From Octopus vulgaris (Eukaryota): 64,000 bases of DNA. Below the pieces are notes generated by a model that was given only the letters and a program-made list of their open reading frames with translations, did not search any database and was not told the DNA's origin. The translations under genes and the position numbers were made by a program. Location of the stretch: positions 59,148,001 through 59,212,000 of the forward strand of contig OX597818.1 in NCBI GenBank assembly GCA_951406725.2, written 5' to 3'. Positions within the stretch are counted from its first letter, which is position 1; every line of letters starts with the position of its first letter. Below are positions 53,929 through 64,000 of the stretch, piece by piece.

Positions 53929-55287
53929 TAGATATATATACATATATGTTTGTTTGTATGTATAAATATACATGCATGTATGATGATGGCCGTCCACTTA
54001 GGACCGAGGAAGAACTTTGCTGACCTGCAAGAACATTGTGCGCTCTAGGACTGATATCAGGTGTAGTGTTCTATTCTCGGACCCGAACATAGGACGGGAC
54101 TCACCTTTTTGGGCTCGGAAATGAATGGAATGCTGATGTATGTCTTGTTCCGGTTACCACCTCCTAATCAAAAAACGGAGAATAGCCCTGGTACATATAT
54201 ATAGTTTCGCACCATTAATGATAAGACTGTGGAGCTCCCAATGCTGGTGGTGCCCACAAAGGTTATGAAGAATATAGGGCCTAGAGCAAACAAACATTGA
54301 TAACAAGCGATACAGGAGTGGACGTGCGAAAGTGAATAAATTCTATTTAAGACGATGGACGAAGATCAAAGATGAAATAAATGATAAACGAGAAAAATAT
54401 AAACTCAGGGCTAAAATTACCCTCACGAATTGTGGGTAATGCTTACAGAACCATCCTAAAGGACAAGAAAAACAGCAGATAGTAAGACATGTACCAGTCG
54501 GACATGGACAAATTGGGGACCAGTTAGGTGGGCAAAATGTGTAGAAAAGGGAGAGAAAGAAATAAGGGCTGGCCACGGGTCACATATCATTAGCAGGCAG
54601 AGGTGGAAGAGAGCAAGAGAGAGGGAGATTGAGTGACAGAGAGGAAAAAAGGGATGAGGGATAAAAATGATAGAAAAGAATGGCTAGAAATAGCAGTAAA
54701 AGACCAGGAGAGACAGAAAAGGAACGAAAGGTGGAGAAATGGAGACTGAGAACAGGCTAGAACCAGAGATATATTTCTTTTTCCTATATCACAGCCGAGG
54801 TTTACATTTATTTATTGCTACCTCTGTGCCATTGCTTATCGCATGAAATGGCTAAAAGTATTTTTCAATAAATCTATATAATATATGGTTATATATTTTT
54901 TCTTCTGGCAGAAACATGCGCGCAGAAAAATGTGATTGTGCTAATATTCAATAATTTTTCTAGATAATCTCAATATTTCCACTTCTCAATATTTGAAAAT
55001 CTCTCGAAATAATAATAATATACCACCCTCTTATGTATATTCTTTAAGTAAATTACTGAATTGATATAAATCATTGTATTTAATGGATTTAAAAAATATT
55101 TTAACCTATTTCTTGCAGCCACATTTTCATGCGGTGTGGGCAGACACCGCTGAGCACTCCACAAATAGGCGTACACTTAGAAGAATTCTAAAGGAGACTC
55201 AGTGTGACACGGAGTTTGTTAAGGCTGGCTATTTGAAGTACAGCAGAGCAATAATTGTCGACTGGAAATTGAAGCCACATCTTTACT

Positions 55288-55347
<60 letters not shown>

Positions 55348-55390
55348 TTAGAGACAAAACCACTATTTTGTAAAACTGAAAATCGGAAAT

Positions 55391-55433
55391 CCACCTGAAG
55401 ATTGTCATTGAGGACATGAAACAATTGTAGTGG
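55391..55433 (+). ncRNA. Type I hammerhead ribozyme motif with intact core
   Basis: CCAC CTGAAGA T TGTC ATTGAG GACA T GAAAC AATT GTA^ GTGG; palindromic stem III ACAATTGT. Confidence 0.82.
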
Positions 55434-55604
55434 CGGTTTTTTTACTTTTTATTAAAATTTTATGTATTGATTAAGTCTTTCCTTGTTTGTTTTACAAAAT
55501 AGTGGTTTTGTGTCTAATTAATATTATATAATATTTTACTATAAAATTGGATTTAATCCTAAATCTGATTTTTTCCCTGTAAATTTGGATTTATTCCCTA
55601 ATAT

Positions 55605-55671
<67 letters not shown>

Positions 55672-55681
55672 TATACATATA

Positions 55682-55731
<50 letters not shown>

Positions 55732-56295
55732 GAATTTACAAAAGAAAAATTTGTATATATATATATATAGATATATATATATACATATAGTGAGAATTTA
55801 CAAAAGAAATAGAGACGTACATGGGTATGTAAACAACAAACAGACCGATAGAATAAGTACCTGGCTTACAAAAGAATAAGTCCCGGGGTCGAGTTGCTCG
55901 ATTAAAGGCGGTGCTCCAACATGGCTGCAGTCAACTAGGCCACACACACAGTATGTGGTTAGTGGTAAATTGTATGTCATGTTTGAGAATGTAAATCAAC
56001 ATGTATGAAGAACAAATGCAACACATCCATATCACATCCAAAGGGGTATTTCGTCGAAATATATTTTTATATATGAAACAATTATAAACCGTAAATATTT
56101 CGCAAGAATTTTAACATGATTGCGTTTGTTGTATTAATTTAAATGAACTGATCCAATAAATTAAGTATATGTACTTATTCTCTTTGGCAACAAATGGTAA
56201 AGAGGTTCAGAGATAGGAGAGGCCGGCTGCTTGGCGCCTGCCAAGGTTTGCATCACAGAACAAGCATATACTTAGTAAAGATGGAAAAATTACAT

Positions 56296-56681
56296 GGTGG
56301 AAGCACTCCGTCGGTTACGACGACGAGGGTTCCGGTTGATCCGAATCAACGGAACAGCCTGCTCGTGAAATTAACGTGTAAGTGGCTGAGCACTCCACAG
56401 ACACGTGCACCCTTAACGTAGTTCTCGGGGATATTCAGCGTGACACAGAGAGTGACAGGCCGGCCCTTTGAAATACAGGTACAACAGAAACAGGAAGTAA
56501 GAGTGAGAGAAAGATGTGGCGAAAGAGTACAGCAGGGATCACCACAATCCCCTGCCCGAGCCTCGTGGAGCTTTAGGTGTTTTCGCTCAATAAACACTCA
56601 CAACGCCCGGTCTGGGAATCGAAACCGCGATCCAACGACCGCGAGTCCGCTGCCCTAACCACTGGGCCATTGCGCCTCCAC
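56296..56681 (-). mobile_element. SINE family C (OR1-like), full length with perfect 13-bp TSD
   Basis: GGAAAAATTACAT at 56283-56295 and 56682-56694; A box TGGCCCAGTGG, B box GTTTCGATTCC. Confidence 0.95.
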
Positions 56682-56883
56682 GGAAAAATTACATACACAC
56701 CTCGTGAAATTATCTCATCGATTGGATCTCCTTGATTTGAGTTGAATGAAACTCACTATCATACCCTTCCTTTTTTGATTACTGTGTAGTTTGACAGCCT
56801 AGTCCGCTAGAGGAGCTTTCTCTGGCAGCCACGTAATTCTATGAATCCACACATACATACATACAAATACACGCACACACACA

Positions 56884-56954
<71 letters not shown>

Positions 56955-57030
56955 TCTCAATCTGAGAGTGTGAAGGCGTGTGTAACGATCTATCTATTCA
57001 ATCTATCTATCTACATACCTACCTACCTAT

Positions 57031-57083
<53 letters not shown>

Positions 57084-57100
57084 ATATATATATATATATA

Positions 57101-57505
57101 GGCGCAGGAGTGGCTGTGTGATAAGTAGCTTGCTAACCATCCACATGGTTCCGGATTCAGTCCCACTGCGTGGCATCTTGGGCAAGTATCTTCTGCTATA
57201 GCCCCGGGCCGACCAATGCCTTGTGAGTGGATTTGGTAGACGGAAACTCAAAGAAGCCTGTCGTATATATGTATATATATATGTGTGTGTGTGTATGTGT
57301 GTGTGTATGTCTGTGTTTGTCCCCCAAGCATTGCTCGACAACCGATACTGGTATGTTTACGTCCTCGTCACTTAGCGGTTCGGCAAAAGAGACCGATAGA
57401 ATAAGTACTGGGCTTACAAAGAATAAGTCGATTTGCTCGACTAAAAGATGGTGCTCCAGCATGGCCGCAGTCAAATGACTGAAACAAGTAAAATAATAAA
57501 AAGAA
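57101..57505 (+). mobile_element. SINE family A inserted in (TA)n
   Basis: Full-length match; (TA)n on both sides. Confidence 0.93.
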
Positions 57506-57506
57506 A

Positions 57507-57602
<96 letters not shown>

Positions 57603-58073
57603 ATATTTGAGCGTGTGCGCGTGTTTTGTGTGTATTTATAGACACTCCCTCATCGTACTAAGTATATAAATCCACTTATATGCATATATATAAACATGCA
57701 AGCAGCGAGAAAGAAGTATACTATGTTAAAATATTTGGGCTTTTATATACTATAAAGAATCCAATTTATACAAGAGTTTGAGAAGTACGTTACACAATAT
57801 TGAGGATAATATATTTTTTGCATTAAGTCGCCTGAGGATACGTACTAACTTTGCCCAGAACTACTGTGCCAATAATTACTGCAACAGCATTGAGCAGCCT
57901 AGGAAGTAATATGGCTGCAGATAATGTAAAGTGATTTTAGTTAAAAGTAACAGTCTATTTTCTAACTTAAGAGTATATTTAAATGTATTAGAGGTTATAA
58001 TTTCTTGATTCAGTAAAAATCCATTTGGCCAAAAGAATGGAAAATATATGTGTATATTCATCAATGCACCTAA

Positions 58074-58130
<57 letters not shown>

Positions 58131-58314
58131 GTTTGTGGTGTATATATATATATACACATATAAGTATGTTATATTTATGCATTTGTATATATATATATAT
58201 ATATATATATACATACATATATGTATGCATATTTATGTATATATGTATACATATAAATACATATATGTATTTGTATGTGATTGTGTATGAATATATATAT
58301 GTATATATATATAC

Positions 58315-58359
<45 letters not shown>

Positions 58360-58629
58360 TGTGTGTGTGTATGTATGTATGTATGTATGTATTTCGTTTT
58401 CGTGTTTTGTTTGCAAGACTCTTTGTGTGAATTCGTGTGTTGAAGCATAGTTTATTGTGTGGGGGAGAGTGATTCTCTTTTAGTGACTTATTACTTATTA
58501 CACTCACTTGTTTGATTTCCACTATGGCCGTGATCATACCTGTGTCTTCTTTGTGTGAGTCACTGTGATGTGTATACTCATATGTATGTATGTATATGCA
58601 TACATACATTTATACACACGCGCACACAC

Positions 58630-58668
<39 letters not shown>

Positions 58669-59039
58669 TATATACACACACACAAACATACACACACAAA
58701 ATTGACCACGAAATCACATGAATACGCAGAATACATAGGTATATACCTATGTATTCTGCGTATTCATATCATTGTGTGGTCAATTTTGTGTGTGTATGTT
58801 TGAATGCGTCTATGTGTATGGGTTTTTGTGACAATGTACGTGCGTCTGTTCTGTATGGATGTGTGTCTTTGTGTGGGTGTGTCTGTGTATATGATCATGT
58901 GTTTCAGTTTTCCTTTGTGCATTTGTATATGTGGGTGTATGTGGTTGTATTTGTCTATGAGATAACAGACTACTAGCAACTCTGCCTCTGTATATATAAA
59001 TTGTGGGCATTGGGGTATAACTACCTTCTACGTATATTT

Positions 59040-59655
59040 TCTATTTCGTATGGGAGGGGGCTGTTTCATTTACGAGAGCGTACTCCAGGATCTTTCTGAG
59101 TGTTGTGTCCTTTGGGCACATAAATGAAATTCGGATGTCAAATTGAGCCAGTGTGTCTCCATGTTCATCTTTGGCATGCTGGAGGAGTATAGATGACTGT
59201 TGTTGTCGTCATATTGTCTCGAATGTTCCTTTAGATTTGCCGCAATGCTTCTAGATTCCTCACATATTGATATCATATTCTTGTCTTACAATCTCTATGT
59301 GCATTATGCTTTACAATTCATTTCCAATTTTACTATTAATGCCAGAGTTAATCGTACACACCATGCAGTTTTCATTTGTGCATGCGGTATTCTCAAAGAG
59401 ATACGTCTTACATACTTGTGATCTCATGGAACTCCCTGGTTTTTCAAAGATCCTGATGTTGAGGGTCGCGTCCTTCGGAGATTTCCTTAATCTTCAGGAT
59501 ACTTCTCTATGAGATTTGTCCTCTACAAGCATCACTCCTTGATATTTGACGGACATGTACCATATGTACACTCTGACTGCCTTGTCACAAACACTTTGTA
59601 TCTTGTTCGAGTCTTTAATTTTATATATACGGGGCAGTTACTACCGGTTTCACTA
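59040..59655 (-). pseudogene. Penelope-like element relic: Cys-rich linker plus GIY-YIG endonuclease
   Basis: RIFEKPGSSMRSQVCKTYLFENTACTNENCMVC..QYV/EESRSIAANLKEH..HAKDEHG..LRKILEYALVNETAP; upstream HHR 3' half GAAAC CG GTA at 59642-59651. Confidence 0.78.
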
Positions 59656-59697
59656 CATATAATGCTAACTTCTTTCTAGCTCTCCTGTATATGTACA

Positions 59698-59755
<58 letters not shown>

Positions 59756-59759
<4 letters not shown>

Positions 59760-59912
59760 GAATTTACAAAAGAAAAAAAGACGAAGACGGGTGTGTAAAC
59801 AACAAACAGATAATGCTCGGGAAGTAGGAAAGTCTTTTACCTTTCGAGTCTACGCTCTTCGACAGAAAGGAAAACAGATGAGAGAAAATAAAAAATAAAG
59901 TGGCTAGCGACC
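59756..59912 (-). mobile_element. Short HHR-bearing PLE-like terminal repeat (U6 family)
   Basis: CTTT CTGTCGA A GAGC GTAG ACTC GAAAG GTA AAAG; abuts (TA)n. Confidence 0.65.
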
Positions 59913-59914
59913 TA

Positions 59915-60290
59915 AATGGCCCAGTGGTTAGGGCAGCGGACTCGTGGTCATAGGATCGCGGTTTCGATTCCCAGACCGGGCGTTGTGAGTGTTTATTGAG
60001 CGAAAACACCTAAAAGCTCCACGAGGCTCCGGCAGGGGATGGTGGTGATCCCTGCTGTACTCTTTCACCACAACTTTCTCTCACTCTTACTTCCTGTTTC
60101 TGTTGTACCTGTATTTCAAGGGGCCGGCCTTGTCACTCTCTGTGTCACGCTGAATATCCTCGAGAACTACGTTAAGGGTGCACGTGTCTGTGGAGTGCTC
60201 AGCCACTTACACGTTAATTTCACGAGCAGGCTGTTCCGTTGATTCGGATCAACCGGAACCCTCGTCGTCGTAACCGACGGAGTGCTTCCA
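59915..60290 (+). mobile_element. SINE family C (OR1-like)
   Basis: Near-identical to the 56296 copy. Confidence 0.94.
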
Positions 60291-62251
60291 CATATATATA
60301 CATATATATACATATGTATGTATATGTATAAAGGAAAGCAGAGTTAGCGGTTATAGTAACCGACTAAGGGATAAAACATCCGTATTTACTATTATTATTA
60401 GTTACCTGTATTATAGTCGGACATGGGTATGCAGCGGAATAAACCATAAACAAAAGTTTAGTCGGAATCAATTTTAAATAATCAGTAAAATAGAGAACAT
60501 TAAGATCTGCCCATCCCTAAATGACATTCCTCTCCCTCCTTTGCTTGTTGATCTAAAGCGTTCTCCATTTTCTGATTATTTAGATTGTGTGTGTATATGT
60601 ATATATATATATATAAATTGTGATTTAGAGTTTATGCAACCGTCTAAGGGATAAATGTATCCGTTGGCACAACTAGTATATTTTCTAACTATGTATAGGC
60701 CTTGCTATAAAATTAATATTAGTTGGTAATTTAAATGGTAGGTCGTGGTTTAATATATTCAAGTAAGAATAGAAATGGAGCAACAATTAACAATTAGTAG
60801 TTGATCATTGGTATTAAATTGTCATAGTTTAATTATAAGTAAAATAACATTGACACCTGTTTCAGTTTGTTATTTCTTAATGGTAAACTTTAACTTAAAT
60901 ATTTTAAACCATATCTCTGAAAAATTCAATGGACATAAACAGGTGGCTTTAAATACAACGAACAATCGACAGTGAGGCTGATTATTTTAGCCGATGGGTA
61001 AAGAAGACTAACATGAACATCAAATTTAGCAGTATATGCTCATCGGTTAGTTAACAATAACACAAATATCAAATATTTAAAAATCACTGAAAATAGGACG
61101 AATTACATAGGACGAAATACATAGGACGAAAATAGGACGAAATACAGTTCAATATTTTGTAGTTTTCGTCTTTTTTGTATAGAAAGTAAAGAGAAAAGAT
61201 TAAAAGTGTTGACAACTATGCTGAAATAGCATTGTGTGCCTGACAAAGAGGTGTAAAACTTGTAGTCATCAAAAAGCGTGAGGGATTGTTTGTGTCAAGG
61301 AAGTCCTAGTTGTGAAAATCTATTGTATCTACTTAAAGTGTGCCAGTGTTGAAGTATTCAGATAGATTTCAGAGGGGTGTCTTTTGTAATGTGTGTGATT
61401 CTAGCTGTGTAGAGATAAAACGTGTACTCTGAAGAAATGAGTGTGTGTAAATTCACGCGGTAATAAAGGTACTGATGAAGCACGAACTATAATTACATGG
61501 AGTGCATAGTTACCATTGAGCATTTTGCTTGTTTCAGGCTTTAGACTGAGCCCATGTTGGAGCACTGCCTTGGTATCTTTTAATGAATTGCTGTTATGAA
61601 GATGTAAAAGCACTAGCACTGGCTGTCAGGCTGTAGTGGTGGTCAAACACAGCCACAAAGAAACACACACACGCAATCACACATTAAGGACTTCTTTCAG
61701 TTTCTTTCTACCAAATCTACTCAGAAAGCATTGGTCGGCCCGAAGCTACACCAGAAGACACACAAATTGCTGCGCAGTGGAACTGAAACTGGAACCGTGT
61801 GGTTTGGAAGCAAGCAACGTACCACACGGCCACACGTACACCTCTGCACAACCAGAATGTGAATGAGAAGAAAACTGTTCAATAATTCGGCCTGATGTGA
61901 AGTAAAGACATTGCTAAACGTCCGGATAATTAGTAAGCCCCCAGATCTATGTCTTAAAGAAAATCCAAAGTTTAGCTAATTAATGATGTAATTACGATTC
62001 AGCTACATATAGCATTAAATTAAGCAGAAATGCTTAGAATGAATTCGATTTAATCAAAGTATATCGTATAGATAATCCATTTACGCAGAATGGAGGCTCA
62101 TTTTATTTGGGGATATAAAAATCAACGATAATTAATGGGCTTAGCAGCATTAGGGTGGTTTAATTATGATTATAGGTAATGTAAAGTATGTGAAGGCAAT
62201 TAGTGGTTGAGGATATAACGGTCGATAATTAAAAATAAGCTAAATCGGAAT

Positions 62252-62505
62252 ATTCTTTTCTACTCTAGGCCCGAATTTTGGGGGGAGAGTGCCAGTCGAT
62301 TAGATCGACTCCAGTACGTAACTGGTACTTAATTTGTCGCCCCCGAAAGGATGAAAGTGGACACAGAAGTTAAAGGCAGACGAAATACCTATTTCTTATT
62401 TAAAGGACCCCGAAAGGATGAAAGGCAAAGTCCACCTCGGCGGAATTTGAACTCAGAACGTAGCGGCAGACGAAATACCGCTAAGCATTTCGCCCGGCAG
62501 GCTAA
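62252..62505 (-). mobile_element. SINE family B, rearranged dimer
   Basis: Contains the GAAATAGGTATTTCGTCTG junction. Confidence 0.8.
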
Positions 62506-62867
62506 ACTTTTTGTCATCTCGCAATACATGATATATTATTAATGTAGCTGAAAGGATTTGAAACCAGATTACAAAGTTTATATCTACACAGAAACAAAAT
62601 ATATAGCTTATGTACATTCTATGTGTTGGCTAAACATTATTTTATTTCATTAGTAATTAGACGTGAAAAAAAAAAAGTTATTAGCAAAAAGAATATATTT
62701 TCGTTATAAGCGCCAACAATTTATCCCCATTATAAATTTAGCAGAATTCATCTCGGAGTTAATACTATTTTTTTTTTTCATTTAAAACCGACAAATCAAT
62801 GATTATACGTTACACTTTCACTCTGCCATTTTCTGTGTGCTCACGTATACATACATACATACATACA

Positions 62868-62898
<31 letters not shown>

Positions 62899-63434
62899 GT
62901 AAATACATACCGATGTGTATAATGTTTGCACATACAAATAGATGCATACGTTTATATGTAAGTGTGCATATATATTTATATATATATGTATATATATGTC
63001 TATTTATGTATATATGTATTTATATATATGTTTATACATATACATATATATTTATGTATATATATGTAGTGGGTGAGGGGAAGGTTAATTGAAAGAATCA
63101 AGAGAGAAGCTGCCATGTCCTGCAGAATCAAAACCAAATAGAAATTGCTAATTGAATAATTTAATCAGACATACTTCATTGTAACACCAGCTATAAATTC
63201 TCAAGAATTAATTCGTTGCAAAAATATATACAAAGAATTTGATTTTAAACGAGGACAATTGGCGCCTAATCTGAATCTTCGAAAAACACTATTAATGGCA
63301 AATGAATGCTTCATTCGGATACTTCCGTGTGTGTCAGGTATGAGCGTTTTAGAGTATTTTTTTTCATTTTATCAAATTTATAAAACAATTTCCGAGAGAG
63401 ATTACATCGCATTGCGCATATATCCATTCCACAT

Positions 63435-63549
<115 letters not shown>

Positions 63550-63606
63550 TTATCTATCTCTGATTAATCATATATATATACATATGTGCGTGTGTGTATG
63601 TATATA

Positions 63607-64000
63607 AGCGCAGGAGTGGTTGTGTGGTATGTTGCTTGTTTATCAACCACACGGTTCAAGGTTCAGTCCCACTGCGTGGCATCTTGGGCAAGTGTCTTCT
63701 ACTTTAACCTCAGGTCAGGCAAAATCTTGGGAGTGGATTTGGTAGACGGAAACTGAAAGAAGCCCGTCGAATATGTATATATAAATATATATATATATAT
63801 GTGTGCGTGTGTGTGTGTGAGTGTCTGTGTTTGTCCCCCAATATCGCTTGAAAACCGATGTGTTTCTGTCCCTGTAACTTACCGGTTCTGCAAAAAGGCT
63901 GTTAAAATAAGTGCTAGGCTTACAAAGAATAAGTCCTGGAGTCGATTTGTTCGACAAAAGGCGGTGCTCCCGCATGGCCGCAGAAAAATGACTGAAACAA
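63607..64000 (+). mobile_element. SINE family A, running off the window end
   Basis: AGCGCAGGAGTGGTTGTGTGG head to ATGACTGAAACAA. Confidence 0.9.

Noticed and set aside
54198-54265. GCACCA/TGGTGC stem followed by GAAAC..GTA on the minus strand
   Set aside because: No recognisable CUGANGA or stem I
59494-59496. In-frame TGA in the PLE relic as a selenocysteine codon
   Set aside because: The copy has other stops and frameshifts and the site is not an evident Cys position; CGA-to-TGA decay is simpler
60848-61036. CCGATGA ... GAAACAGGTGTC on the minus strand as a very long stem II hammerhead
   Set aside because: About 165-nt separation and no clear stem I
61103-61146. ATAGGACGAAATAC tandem repeats as a CRISPR-like array
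   Set aside because: Simple short tandem duplication without spacers, in eukaryotic DNA

Overview
AT-rich, repeat-dominated eukaryotic DNA; the SINE families and dense (TA)n/(CA)n/(GATA)n tracts point to an Octopus genome (inference). No intact host gene was recognised, and most track ORFs are microsatellite or SINE read-throughs. Identifiable content: three or more tRNA-derived SINE families in many copies (some with TSDs, nested, or with swapped heads and tails), one full-length frameshifted mariner with TIRs and TA duplication, two deleted mariner relics, two Helentron-type non-autonomous elements, RTE- and Tx1-like LINE relics, a possible LRR/TLR-like pseudogene, and a 100-N gap. The main hidden signal is a Penelope-like element (PLE) system: a decayed PLE reverse transcriptase (31.3-32.0 kb), two GIY-YIG endonuclease relics (1.5 and 59 kb), and more than a dozen type I minimal hammerhead ribozyme (HHR) motifs from several families. 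Most HHRs abut (TA)n tracts and many sit in fold-back inverted repeats. They include apparent C3-G8 compensatory variants, a multi-copy U6 core variant, and one HHR fused behind a tRNA-like Pol III head. All calls were made by eye; none were confirmed by search or assay.
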